Positions 1-13,046 of a stretch of DNA of 64,000 bases are shown here, piece after piece. The translations under genes were made by a program, and so were the position numbers. Below the pieces are notes generated by a model. That model worked only from the letters and a program-made list of their open reading frames with translations. It did no database searches and was not told where the DNA came from. The DNA comes from Holothuria leucospilota (lineage: Eukaryota), in assembly GCA_029531755.1 (NCBI GenBank), contig CM055964.1:35970802-36034801 (forward strand). Reading direction: 5' to 3'. Each line of letters starts with the position of its first letter. Within the stretch, counting starts at the first letter, position 1.

Positions 1-3000
1 CAGCTACTGAATTGAAATGACCTTCACTCTAAAATCTGCTGGCTACGAATGCCACCTGGCAAACTGTTCAAGTGGCGCGGCGCCCTGGTTAAAGAAACTA
101 AGCGACTAGTTTGACCAAGCTGTGTAATTGTTTATCCAACGGCTTGTCGGGTGACAGACATACCCAGCAGTTTTGAGAGTATTGCAAATAACTCATTCCG
201 ACAGCCAGCCAACAGTAACCTAAATTAACCCTTCGGTTCAAGGGGGTGGATCCATCTCCAAAGGTGTGTGTGTGGGGACTTTTCACCATTTGTGAATCGC
301 CGTGCTGGGGGAGGGGTGTCCCCTCCCCTTTGAAGAAAAAGGAAATTAGAAGGTGCCTTTATGGCAAATGGTGTCATATTTGGGCTCAATTTAGCTCTTA
401 AAATGTAGTGTCAATTCGTAATCAATGTTATATTATAATTCATCACAGTTTTAGTTTTCATCATTTTTGAAAAAGTGGGAGTGGACTTATTGGAGCTGTC
501 CCCCCTTCCAAAAAAAAAAAGTGACGGAGACACGCCCCCCGTCCCCCCATGATCCCCGCCCATGCTTCGGTTCACAAGTTGGGCAAAAAGCTTATAACTT
601 CCTTCAATAGCCCATATAACTCTATTTCATAAATAGTGGCGGCGCTTTTCAATATTTTCCCTCGCGTATGCCCAAGCGACAAAGAAACAACCTTTATATC
701 CTGCATGTGTGGAAAGAAAAGAAAAGCAGAAAGAGGTAAAACAATCAGAGTCATTACATGTTGCTCAATAGGTCATATATTCACCACTTTTAGTTACTAG
801 TCAATTCATTTTTTTACTTAAAAATTTGTGAGAGATAATTCCAAAAATTCATCTTAAATCGTAGGATTCCTTCTTAAACCGAGGCAAGGAAACCATGAAA
901 CACACTAGAAGATATATAGGACTATTTACGCATAGAGAGATAAAAGAGGCACCATCATACACTTGCAGTGACCGGGGAGCTTACAGCTCCCTGCAGTGAC
1001 GACTAACCTTTCGGTAATTTGTCGCAAAAAGTCAGTCTTAGTAGAGCATTCGATTAATTAAAATAGGCGTTACAGTCTTCTGAAGGAATGACGTACCACC
1101 AATATTTGTCTGTTTGTGTTTTTGGCAAGAAACACTTGTATTTAGCTGATCCCATTTATGAAATAGGCGCAGGAAGCTGTTCTCAGCTGGGTGGGGCTGT
1201 TGAGGGTGTTAACGTTTTAGACTGCCGTCCTTGGGGTGGGCGTGTCCCATTGTTAAGACATGCCTTGGTGTGAGTTTTATTGCCGACAACGACTAAGCGT
1301 TCAAGTTAAGCTTTCAATCAAACGACTGCCAATAAACGTTTAAATATTACAATTTCTTTGCTGCTTTACGTCTTTGCTTGAAAGACTTTTCAAGCCTAAA
1401 CATTTCTCTCAATGTTGGCATATTTCCTCACAACTAAGGTGCATACTCGAAATGTCAGTTTTACAGGAAATTCCTCAATGACCGTAAGAAGTGAGATTTA
1501 TCAAAACGAAAGACGCCTGGAGTTTCAAATTTCACATTTTCGTATGATGACTGGCCATGACATTGAAGTAACGAGTTCGGGTGGGGAATGGGTGTTTTTT
1601 CATGGTCATTTTGACGATAAGTCCCTAACCCTAGTTGATCTTGGTGTTGTGATCACTTTGAGGAGAAAGGAAAGGTTTCCATCGGAAACGAACATTATTT
1701 CAAAGGGTCTATAGAATGTTGGTTCTCCTTCTTAGCACCTCACTGGTTACAACCAACCCCGACGTATTCCTCTATTTATAAATTGTATTAGACTAGGTCA
1801 TTTAAAAGCAATTTTCCACAGGTGAAGTGTGCCTTAAATACATCTCTTTCGAACAGAATTCTTAGCTAGATCAGTAGATTAGGCACGTATGCTCTGGACA
1901 GAAAAAGTTTGCTGACTCAGTCAGAATCTCATTACCAGGGTCGGAAAAGGTTTATGTAAATGACTCCCATTCGCTTTGGGTCCTTCATGATGACGTAAAG
2001 CGTAGTGTTACAACTTGCTCGTGTTGTGTGCCCTACTAAGTAATAAGAATGCCAGGTGCCAGTGAATTAAACCTTACAGTGCTTCATGTAAAAATTTGTG
2101 TGAGGAAAACTCATGCTCCTCTCTCGTCAACTTTGCCGGATCTGCTTGCTGGATAACTACATTGTAGTACTGGTTACACTGCGTAGTAATGCTTACGGGA
2201 TTTGATGTCTGAAAGGTGTGTGTGTGGGGGGGGGGGGCAGGCTGAAAATTGAAAGACGCCGAAGTTGCGGCAACGCAAAGCGGCCTCTTTGACGGCGTGG
2301 GTTCCAGAACCCATCGTAGGTTCCTGGTGGGGTCCAGAGGCAATGCCCCGGTGAGGGTCAAGGGGTTAACGCAACCGGAAGTGCTCAGGTATTAAAAGAA
2401 TTAAAACCATTTGAATGAAGCATTTTGGTAAAAACCCATCGGATGTGAACTAAACAGACTGTGTACTGTGAGAATAACTAAAGAACGGAAAACCTGCCGA
2501 GAGTCTGAGAGAGATCACACTTTTTGATCACCGAACGCCTTAACGCGTACAAGTTTGGACGAATCTTTCTCTGATGGGCAATCCTCACGGTGTTCATTTT
2601 GTCCCATACGGATGTTGAACAGTATACTTTAGAAGGAGTGTTAGATGAGGTTGTAGTTGTACGTCCCAGTTTCTAACCAATTGGTTTAAGTCCGGCCGGC
2701 CACGGCCTTTTTTCCATTTGTGGCCCACTGGCTTGTTTTCCCTACTCCATTGCTTATGCTGAGCACCAAGCTTTAGAAGAAGGAAAGGGAAGACATACTT
2801 TCATTAGACAGTGGAATATTATATGGTGCATGGGGTCCAAGCTGAGTGGTTTATTCCCGCTTCTGTTCACCAATGTTTCACAAGGGCGTGGGTTCGAATC
2901 AAACTCGAGGTACGTGGGTTTTTCTCCGGGTACTCCGGCTTTCCTCCTACTTGCCACGTTTTGTAATCAAATTGCCCAGCCGACGAAGTCGGTTGGACGC

Positions 3001-3096
3001 TGCCGGACTAAGACTCCGGACTAGTTAATTAGCCGACTTTGCTTTTGTATGGTACACGAGTGGAGATAACCTTTGAAAAACTTACTTTTCAAAGTA

Positions 3097-3231
3097 CCCG
3101 GTGCAAAGTGTCCAAAGTGTACCCGGTGCAATCTCCATCTGTACGCGGCTACGGCACACTTCCGGGAAGTGTGCCGTAGCCGCGTACAGATGAAAATTGC
3201 ACCGGGTACACTTTGTCCAACTATCCTACCC
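3097..3231. repeat. Near-perfect long palindrome (arms about 67 bp, 1-nt centre at 3164), possible foldback element or MITE remnant
   Basis: gtccaaagtgtacccggtgcaatctccatctgtacgcggctacggcacacttcc G ggaagtgtgccgtagccgcgtacagatgaaaattgcaccgggtacactttgtccaac. Only 2-3 mismatches between arms. Confidence 0.8.
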
Positions 3232-6200
3232 TATGGTTTACAGACTGTTAGTGGAAGGTACTTATATAAAGATACTTGTACAACTGACGTGGCGCGAGTA
3301 GTATTATACAGTAACTATCAAAATGGTCCGTCAACGGGAAAAGGTTCTCAACTCCGGCTGTAGACCCACTTCACCTGTGGCACCGCTACTTAAATCGGTC
3401 ACTTTGTAATACGTATGCACCTCTGCGCGCTTCACTGATTCTCTCGACATGGCTTTTTGTTAGCGATAGTAACTTGACGTGGGTAAACTGGGTATTCTAC
3501 TGACTATAAAACTGAGATGGTATACCGGCCAACGGCGCTGTATTCTGCGAAGGAGCACGACGCTTCCCTCATATGGCGTGAGCCAAAGTACCCCAAGGCA
3601 GGCCCTGGTGGGGTCCAGTGAAAGACCCCATAACGGATTAGGGGTGAGGCACCGCGATACTGCAGTATGTATACAAACTTGTGAGAACTAGAGTGAAGCA
3701 CTACGCCTCAAAGGCGTTAAGATGTGCTGGACTACAAAAGACCACGGATATCTCCAGCTGGTCATTTTTTGTATTTATTTGATATGTATGAAGTAATTAT
3801 GATCGAGCTTACATGAAAAATACGCGCGAAGCGCGCGACAAAAAGTAGTGTTTGTGAAGGAATTTAAATTTTTCCCCACACATGGGCTGGATGCAAAGTT
3901 ACCCACGTTTTCAACCCATTCATCACAAGGCGAGGGGTTTCTGACTCCCCAGAATCCATTTAGCTGAAAAATGTCCCATGGAAATATTTTCCCCCAGGCA
4001 AGAGCGGCGATTTGTTCTTCATATTGGGGGGGGGGGACATGACCAGATTTTCCAATAATTCACTGTGTGAAAATTCAAAGTCAATGGGCGATTTCTCAAA
4101 TGTTGTCCCCCTGTACCCCCATCGCCGCCCATGCCCCCGGGTTCACATACTGGTGACAGATGTGACAGTGTACTTCTGTTCACAAAGGCGTAAGGGGGGA
4201 GGGGAATTCGGGCAGAAAATTTGTCAGTTTCGGGCAAAATGATGGCTATTTTTCGGGAATGCGTGCTTAAAAATTCGGGCAAAAGTGCTCTGCCTCTTCT
4301 TCTTACTTAAATTTCACGTTTTTAGAATTTTATTTAAGAATTGCCTCGCGGCGCCGGATCAGATGGTCTCGCGGGCCGAAGGTCCCCCACCCCTGGTTTT
4401 CAGGCTGGACGCTGAGAAAGTAACAGCATACATGATTCAACTTCTTTCCACTGGACTTTCTTTGTAAATTTTGTATCGTCCACAATTCTGGACGTGAACA
4501 TTTTCAACTCCTAACCAGGCAGTACATAAAGCGAGAAGATGTCTAACGCAACAAAAGCATTGCAGAAGACTAACGAAAAGTTAGCGAGTGTACAAATTAA
4601 TCTATTAAGTAATACACCACTGTACGTATGTTGAAACTGTAGGTATAAATAAAAATCTTTTATTTTTCAAATTACAATGGTAAAAACCTCTTATCGTATA
4701 TATATTCACATATGGCAACAATAAATTCGGAGTCATACTCCAGAACCTGACCGCAGAAACAAGTAGCCTACCATTGTTACGACAGGTACACATCCATATC
4801 ATTGAGGATATATAATAATCAATATAACTTTTAAGGGTTATACAACAGTTAATTTACGGCTGATAAAACAGTCAACGTGAATTATATAGTAAAGATATTA
4901 GTGTTTTCTTAGCAATGCGTGAATAACTAAAATTTCAGCGAGCGACACCCTTCTTTCTTGATTTTGTTCTTGCGCTAGTAATTCGCCCACGCTAGTTCTA
5001 TACACTTATATTACACACTTTTATTCTGTTCTACATCACTGTTACTAGGCAATGTACGGTTCGGATCATACAAATTAGAGGGAGACATTTCACTAAGCCC
5101 CGTCTACGCGATCATACATTTGGTCAAAAACATTATCATAGATTTACATGACGATGCTAATGGACAACACATGATCGTTTGGTCTTTCCCAACGTGTGGT
5201 CTACTTACCCCCCCCCCCCCCAAAAAAAAATGAACAATGTCCAACATGGAAGGTGTTCAAACTTGAGGATTACGGGTGTCAGAATATTGAGACGTCGGAA
5301 CTGTATCCGCTCTGAAACACCAACAAGGTTTACTAACACATCAGGGTTACCTCCGTAGTATGAAAATCCACCTCGTACTCAGACAACTTGGATAATTCCA
5401 ATCACCAGCATCTTCGAGGCAACCTCGTATTTCAGTTTGGCGACTAAGAGGCGTTATTTCATGGCAGTTTAGTCCCAAAACCAATAATGGCCAATTATAT
5501 TTTGGTGACTGTATTTTCAGTTCCCACCAGAGAAAAAAGACAAAAATTCCACTGACAACGATCAGTGGAAACCAAAATTCTGAAAAGGGGTGGGACCAAG
5601 TATTTCAAATTTAATTACTTTTGTCGCCAGATTCATGTTTTCACTGACGGCAAAGTCTAAAGGTAATTGTTCAGGCTTGAAACCAGATGATTCAAGTCAC
5701 AAACAGAATTCTTACAAAACTTTCCACAACCTTATAGCAAGCATTCCAAGACTTTTCCACACATACCGTGCACTTTCCAATTTGGCCTACTATGGAAAAA
5801 CTAAACTAAACGGATTCATAACATTTTTGCCCCAAAAATTTGAATTTTATGACTTTCCATGACATTAACAGCAACTTCACCCTCTTAATTTATTGTCAAG
5901 GCCTGGAAATGCACAAGTAGAACTCCATGATCTCATGGCCTGTAATATCTCCAGCTACATGAGGGAAAATTAAGTGTCTTCCCATGTCAAATTTCATACA
6001 GTCCTGAAAAGACAAATTTTTCCACAGGGGAAAAAAATTTACATCAACTTTTTTGTGGCAAGACTTACGTACATTTTAACAATTTATCTTGGGCAATTAC
6101 ACTTGCTCCCTAAATGAATGTCAACAAAATGAAGTGAGGAAGAAAATCATCCATCAATTTTACAAAGTACTGTACTTTTTACATTCTTTAAACATAAAAA

Positions 6201-7233
6201 TGAACATGAATAGCACCAATAACTGGAAGAAGGTTTAATTAGTCTGAATTGCTGTGATCTCAGTCATTAGGTGTCTACTTTATTCCTTTAAAGACATTTA
6301 AGAAAGGCTGAATAAAGCAGCTGGACAAATCATGGTCATTTGTCCAAGAAACCTGAGGTGCATTCTTATTCTAACTGTGACATTCTCAAAATCTCATTCC
6401 ACTGAGGTAGGCAGCCAATAGAGGACGTGTTGATCAAAAAGATTGGCACAGTACCCACAACTATGTAGACTGTACAGAGACCTTACGACACCATAAGAGT
6501 CTTGGGCCAAGTCTAAACTTGGCCTCACAGTTGCCATTTAAGAGCCTCTGATCAGAAAGGATGTGATTGTGAACAAAAAAGAGTAAGTCTGTACTCTATA
6601 TGTTCATCTGAAGGCAAATTTTCTACTTTGTACATAAATTTGCTAACTACAGGTTAAGCACACAATTACACATTTAATATCAATTCTGAAACTGGACAGA
6701 TACAGGTATTAAGTGATCATCCTTTTTTCATTGTTTTCACAATAGGTACTGAACGTGTGGGACGGCATGATGTACACCTCCTCAAAGAGTGATAAATGAA
6801 AATTTTTGCCCCCCACCCCCCACCTCCCAATCATTTTTTCACACTTCGTAAAGTTTGCTCCAAAAGGAGGGGACAAGTTCAAAACAAAGAGTAAGTTTTG
6901 CACTCATGTGAAAATGATGAATTGGATGATCACTAACACTGCATCCCTTGTGCTTTAATACTGTCATGGCTACATCTTGCCATGCTGATGTGAAATTCAA
7001 AACAACACAAACCTGGACCAATCTCAGATAAAGCAAATTCAATAGCTACAAGAATTACCCATCTGCTAATCTTTCCCTGATTCTTGTCTGGCTGATTCTT
7101 CTTAAATTTTTCCGAGCAATAATAATTTTTAATTTAACATTTGACAGAGGAATGTTCACAAAACTGTGACCATTCTTCGGAATAAATGTGTTAAATATTT
7201 TGCGAACAACAGCACAAAGGTGATGACCTAGTT

Positions 7234-8532
7234 CTAGCTTGTCTGTCCTTTCCTCTGCCTAAAAGCATTGACTTTCTTAATAACCAACACACCAAAGTCC
7301 TGATGCATCTCAGGGAAGGACCTCACCTCCCTGACATGAAACACTGAGCGCTCTTTGTCCCGTCTCACCACTTCAGGGTACTTTTCTCGGTGGAAAAACT
7401 TGTTGGAAGCTCGAGAGGGAATATCACTTAACCTCTGATTCCAGGCAGAAAGTTCATTGTTGAGTCCAAATGCAATACCGGCCATGTTTTCATAAAAGAA
7501 GGTTTGAATCCGAGGAGGTTTTTGAGGCGGTATTTTTTTCTGCTCTCTCATCTGTACAGCAGATTTTGAAACTGGAAGTGTTTCCTTTTCTGCATACTTC
7601 AAGAAGCCCGGTAAGTCCGATTCTGAATGGGTCATGTTAAGACTGCGACCCTTCACAGTGCTTGAACTAGACAAGGATACATCTTCCAAACTGGCAGACA
7701 TGTAGGTCACATTTTCAAAGTCTATCTGAGGAGCACTGCCCCCTCCAGGTCCAAAGTGTGGATTGAGATTGGCGTATGTTAGGTCAGTGCTACCGCCCAC
7801 TCCCGCCTCCTCACTGTCACTCTCTGAATCAGTACTGTCTCTGTCCACAACAAAAATTGGCATTTTCTTTTCAGCTGTGGTCTTTTCTATAGTTGGTGCC
7901 ATAGGACTTGTAGGTACTTTGTCAAGAACATCATAAAGAGGGTTAGGAAAAGCGGCTGACTTAAGAGTAGAACCTGACTCAGATGGGAATGTTGCTCTCA
8001 CAATTGCACGGCTCTTCCTTGCATGATCACTGTGAGTAGCCTCACTGGATGGTAGATCATGGCTTTCTGCACTGCCAGTTTCATCTGTATTTTGAGTACC
8101 ATCATCTGTCTGTAAGACTTCCCCTCCCATATGATGAGAAATTTCATCCATTTGTCTCTGAAGTTCATCAACAACAGCTTTCATGTAATCATACGTAGCA
8201 CACGACAGAGCCTTCATCCATGATTCCATAGACTCTGGGCTATCAGCGACAAGGCGGTAATCTTTGCTAGCTTCCCCGGAAAAGGACAGTTGGAAAGCAT
8301 GAAAGCCTTCTGCTGTATCGGCCAACTCAATACGACATCCTTCCAAGACAATTGCACCCTGAGGCTCACGATCCCCCTTCTTATCAAAGTAAAAGAGAAT
8401 GTTTCCTTTCAAAAGAAACCATTTCAACTGGTAAGTCCCCTTGTGTTCCGAGAACTTTTGAAGAAACCCTTCCTTGTCTACGTGCGAGTTGCAGCTGGCA
8501 AAGTATGCCACATTTCGATGATTCACCCTCAT
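7234..8532 (-). CDS. PHETA: Sesquipedalian/PHETA (FAM109)-family PH-domain adaptor protein, 432 aa; N-terminal PH domain followed by a long Ser/Asp/Glu-rich tail
   Basis: Part of a 451-aa uninterrupted ORF (7234..8589, -). From the internal Met, MRVNHRNVAYFASCNSHVDKEGFLQKF...WFLLKGNILFYFDKKGDREPQGAIVLEGCRIELAD...SMESWMKALSCATYDYMKAVVDELQRQ aligns nearly residue-for-residue with human sesquipedalian-1 as I recall it ([29 protein letters not shown]...RRWFVLRGNMLFYFE...REPVGVIILEGCTVELVE...[27 protein letters not shown]). The start is placed at the MRV Met (8532) by homology. The upstream 19 codons of the ORF (to 8589) are not conserved. An ORF this long is very unlikely by chance at this GC. 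Confidence 0.8.
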   Translation of the reverse strand: MRVNHRNVAYFASCNSHVDKEGFLQKFSEHKGTYQLKWFLLKGNILFYFDKKGDREPQGAIVLEGCRIELADTAEGFHAFQLSFSGEASKDYRLVADSPESMESWMKALSCATYDYMKAVVDELQRQMDEISHHMGGEVLQTDDGTQNTDETGSAESHDLPSSEATHSDHARKSRAIVRATFPSESGSTLKSAAFPNPLYDVLDKVPTSPMAPTIEKTTAEKKMPIFVVDRDSTDSESDSEEAGVGGSTDLTYANLNPHFGPGGGSAPQIDFENVTYMSASLEDVSLSSSSTVKGRSLNMTHSESDLPGFLKYAEKETLPVSKSAVQMREQKKIPPQKPPRIQTFFYENMAGIAFGLNNELSAWNQRLSDIPSRASNKFFHREKYPEVVRRDKERSVFHVREVRSFPEMHQDFGVLVIKKVNAFRQRKGQTS

Positions 8533-9540
8533 GATGCAAGAGAGTTTGGTAAATTTTTTAAAAGAAACAGGAAAATGATTCAAGCACAAATCATCAACAA
8601 CAAATCTCTGAGGACGATGAAAGAGACGTCAATTAATGGCTCCATGTTTACTCTTTCAGTGTTGTTTTGTCAGCAGCAATGACAACCTGATTAGGAAGTA
8701 TGGAATTAGTAACATTTGCTTCCATCTGTCATTATGGTACCATTAGGGTATGGCTTGGAATGTCTGAAAGATAAAAGGGAAAAAAAAGTCAATCAGTGAA
8801 AAGTGAAACAGGAATAGTATGTGAGTGCAGAGCTTGAAATAACAAGAGCCCAATGGGCACTGTGGTTCCTTGCTGAATGTAATGAAACTGAGCCAACTAC
8901 TGAATGAACCAGTATTTCTGTTGATTCACAAAATCTGCTCTGTAGACAATGCACATCTTGTGTTAACACATTCAAGCATAAATAAATTGTTCTGAAGAAA
9001 TACAGCCTACAGGCACTTCAGGGGATATCAACACAGACAGTGTACAGTTACAATTTGTTTTATTCAATTAAGCAATCACAATTCATGCACGCTCAATGGT
9101 ATCTGATCCAAATGATCAGTAACTTGGTTCTCTTTATAAAACTAACAACCCATAGTAGCATTTAATTAATCAATTCTAATTTCCAATTCCTGCAAGCTCA
9201 CATGTCCTAATCTAAGGACAAATGTTGTCTGTCTAGTGAACTTTCACAACAGTCCTCTGCTTTGTGGGCAGAGAATCTTCTGCAATATTAAAAAGTAGTA
9301 CTTGATGCACATTTTCATAATGGCAGGATTATGGATTAAAATCATAATACTATAATTTCAATTAAAATTGAGATACTTGGCATCTCTGAAAGATGTCCCA
9401 CATCTTTCAGTCAATGATACAGTTCTGTGCTTATATTTTTTGACTTTAGGAATTCTTGGGAATTTGCTTTTTGGCATCTGGTGATTTCAACTCTGACATC
9501 CAACAAATCTCATATGGGTTTTCTGCTAGATTTAATGCAA

Positions 9541-10312
9541 CACCTCAAAGCAAAAATCTATTCAAGCCTCCTACACTGAGATATAGAGTTGAAAAGGTTT
9601 GCAGAGTTTGACCTCCAGTGACCCCAGATGACTTTTGGTCTCCACCAAAAATTTTTCCCCACCATAAGGCATTCACTAAGTATGAAATTTATCCAAGCTT
9701 CCTACCTTGAGATATTGTGCTATTAACAACAAGGTTATCAGTTTTTGACCCTTGGTGACCCCAGATGACCTTTGACCTCCACCCAAAACTGTATAGCACA
9801 GCTTCTCACTATAATGGATCTATATATCAAGTATGAAATCTATCCAAGATTTTTTCCTTGAGATATTGCGTTAACAAGGTTTTCAGTATTTGACTCTCAG
9901 TGACCCCAAATGACCTTTGACCTCCACCAAAAATGACAGGATTCATCTTCTCACCATAAGTCATCCACATACCAAGTATGAAATCTATCCAAGCTTCCTA
10001 CCTTGAGATATTGTTTTAACAACAAGTTTTCAGTGTTTGACTGCTGGTGACCCCAGATGACCTTTGACCTCCACCAAAAGCTACAGCATTCATCTTCTCT
10101 CCATAATGCATCTACATGCCAAGTATGAAATTTATCCAAGCTTCCTACCTTGAGATATCGTGCAAACAAGGTTTTCGGTCTTTGACCCCTGGTGACCCCA
10201 CATGACCTTTGACCTCCACCAAAAACAATAGGGCACACCTTCTTACTATGACAGATCCATATACCAAGTTTCAGTTTAGTCCAACTTTCCCTTGTTGAGT
10301 TACAGCGTACCG
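9541..10312. repeat. Satellite array A: about 6 tandem units of roughly 122 bp. Unit core: gacctttgacctccaccaaaa...catcttctcaccataa..catccacataccaagtatgaaatctatccaagcttcctaccttgagatattgtg..aacaaggttttcagtgtttgacccctggtgaccccagat
   Basis: Direct visual periodicity with 80-90% identity between units. The ORF 9951..10331(-) lies wholly inside it and is an artefact. Confidence 0.85.
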
Positions 10313-10316
10313 AAGC

Positions 10317-10600
10317 AAGTGTCACACACACACACGCACAAGTGTGCTTTACATACTGTTTAAGGACTTCATTGTTTTCTCTATTGTGTTTGCTTCCTTA
10401 ACCCTAACTTTAACAATAGACTCTCAATTGTTAAACTTCTGAGGACATGGGAAATCTATTGTATTTCCTTCTAAGGACCTGAAATCCATTGTTTAGGTCC
10501 TCAATCTGAATGCAAAGTAAGTGCGCACACACACACATACACACACACACACGCCAAGCTGACTACATAGGTTCCTTTTGCTAACGCAAGGAACCAAAAA
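10317..10600. repeat. (CA)n microsatellite interrupted by about 180 bp, then a perfect hairpin GGTTCCTTttgctaacgcAAGGAACC (10570-10595). This is the 3' module of composite element copy 1
   Basis: acacacacacacgcaca at 10324-10340. gcgcacacacacacatacacacacacacacg at 10523-10553. Hairpin stems are perfectly complementary. Confidence 0.8.
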
Positions 10601-12060
10601 CTGGAAAGGGCAATGTCAAATGGCCTTTGGCTGACAGATATATTTCAGGGCATTAAGGCTAAGCATAAGGGGAACTATCAAAAGCCAAAACTTGACAACT
10701 AAGGCACACCAAATGGAAGTAATATAGACAGGTATCAGGCCATTAATATGATACTGCGCTCACTAAATCCTCCATGGCTGTGTCCCCCCCCCCCTTCCCC
10801 ACAGAGCTTTTAAGGGAAACATCCTCATAAGTCATTACAACTTTCCTTCAGCAAGATCCAAACATGCTGCATAGTCTACTTCAAACCATGGCAGCTTCAG
10901 GTGTCTAGCCAGACCACTTACACCTGGTGCTCACTGCTGAAGACTTTCACACTCATAACCCTTCAGTACTTGAAAAGAATTGAAACTTGTCTGAACCTGA
11001 CAATCATACAAACCCACTAAAACAAGACCAACCAAGCTATAATCTTTGCTCTTGCTACGGTATACTACTGCAGCAGTCCATTGGGGAGGTTGGGTAAATG
11101 CAGAAGCCATTTGACCTGTTGGTAATTCAGTTTGTAAATTCATACAGTACTACCAGCATATACTTTAAAGGGTAAACCTTGTCATCCCAAACAACTCCAG
11201 TTCTCCTAACTATGCAACTTGTAGCTCCTCCCACAACTGCACAAAGCTCCTCCCTGTGCAGACACAAACCCACTTCATTGCCCAAGGTCACATCCTGGCA
11301 AGCACACAAGGCCATAATGTGCAATCAAAGCACTCCCTCACACTGTGTGGAACACGAGCTACTCTGCATCTTTTCAATTTTCAAACTGTCAATCAAAAAG
11401 CAGCCACCAATCAAGAACTCTGATGCCCCCACACTAAAAATACAATACACTTTGGGGTGATGACTGCAGTCTTTAAGGTTACACACCACCAAGTCAAAAG
11501 ATTTTCTCAGCATAATATGGTAACCCTCAAAGTCCCATTTTGGGGGGTGGGTGGGGGTGGGGTGGTAGTGGTGGTTAAGTGCAGACCAGGTTGCATACCC
11601 CTAGGGGTAGGGGGGAGGTAAAGGAGTTCAACCCTTCCCCATGACTCACAGGCAAAAAATACCCCAAATTACTTGTTTCTTGGGAAAATATTCCAATATG
11701 AAACCCTTCCCACTAACCTGAAATGCTTGTCATTAAGAACATACAAATTCCATTTTAAGTTTTCTGTGTGAAAAACCTAGTCAGGTCTACCATTCACATT
11801 AATCCCCACAGTGCCTTCTAATTTGTTTCCATATACCAACAGAAATGCCTTCACATTTGTGTATTTGTGGCTTAAAACAAGGTCTGCAATGTTGCAGGAA
11901 AAAAAAAAAACAAGAGCCCAATGGGCACTATGGTTCCTTGCTGAATGTAACGACACTGAGCCATGAGCATACAAACAAAATGTTAGTTAATGTGGAGTTT
12001 GCCTGTCACTCTGGTGACTGCTACATGACCTTTAAAGTTGTTGGCAGTGAATGAAAGTCC

Positions 12061-12960
12061 ACAACTTAACCTCAAAATGACCTCTGATAACCTTCAAATG
12101 GCCCCAGTGACCCCAGATGACCTTTCACTTCCACCAAAAACTACAGGATCAATCTTCTCACCACAATGCATCCTCATACCAAGTATGAAATCTATCCAAG
12201 CTTCCTAGCTTGAGATATTGTGTAAACAAGGTTTTCAGTGTATGACCCCTGGTGACCCCAAATGACTTTTGACCCCCCCCAAAAAAAAGAACAGCATTCA
12301 TCTTCCCACCATAACCTATCCACATACTAGGTATGAAATCTGTCCAAGCTTCATAACATGAGATATTGTACTAACAACAAGTTTTCAGTGGTTGACTGTC
12401 GGTGACCCCAGATGACCTTTCACCTCTACCAAAAGTGATAGCATCCACCTTCTCACCATAACACATCCACATACCAAGTATGAAACCTATCCAAGCTTCC
12501 TACCTTGAGATATCGTGTCAACAAGATTTTCAGTGTTTGACCGTTGGTTACCCCAGATGACCTTTGACCTCTGCCAAAAATAATAGCATTCATATTCCCA
12601 CCATAACTCATCTACATACTAAGTATGAAATCTATCCAAGCTTCCTACCTTGAGATATTGTGTTAACAACAAGTTTTCAGTCTTTGACTGCCAGTGACCC
12701 CAGATGACCTTTGACCTCCACCAAAAGCACCAGCATTCATCTTCTCACCATAATGCATCCACATACCATGTATGAAATTTATCCCAGCTTCCTACCTTGA
12801 GATATTGTGCAAACACGGTTTTCGGTCTTTGACCCCTGGTGACCCCACATGACCTTTGACCTCCACCAAAAAGAATAGGACACACCTTCTCACTATGACA
12901 GATTCATATACCAAGTTTCAGTTTAGTCCAACTTTCCCTTGTTGAGTTACAGTGTACCGA
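12061..12960. repeat. Satellite array B: about 7 units of the same ~122 bp satellite as array A
   Basis: Same unit sequence as 9541-10312. It is followed by the same tail (ccaagtttcagtttagtccaactttcccttgttgagttacagtgtaccgaagcaag). Confidence 0.85.
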
Positions 12961-12972
12961 AGCAAGGCCACA

Positions 12973-13046
12973 GACACACACACACACACATACACGCACA
13001 CATGCCAAGTTGACTACATAGGTTCCTTTTGCTAACACAAGGTACC
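12973..13046. repeat. (CA)n microsatellite plus hairpin (ggttccttttgctaacacaaggtacc). This is the 3' module of composite element copy 2
   Basis: cacagacacacacacacacacatacacgcacacatg followed by gccaagttgactacataggttccttttgctaacacaaggtaccaaaaact. This is almost identical to 10553-10600. Confidence 0.8.

Noticed and set aside
2839-2900. Functional tRNA gene
   Set aside because: A-box and B-box matches are present, but I cannot form D-stem, T-stem or acceptor-stem pairings. It is more likely SINE-derived or a degenerate pseudo-tRNA.
8533-8589. Upstream in-frame extension of the PHETA ORF (MCLNHFPVSFKKFTKLSCI)
   Set aside because: Human Ses1 begins exactly at the residue aligning with the MRV Met (8532). 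The extension is non-conserved and pyrimidine-rich, so it is more likely 5'UTR or intron.
9951-10331. 126-aa ORF (minus strand)
   Set aside because: It lies entirely within satellite array A. Its internal peptide repetition (KVGSLD.FHTW.VD.LW twice) reflects the tandem DNA units.
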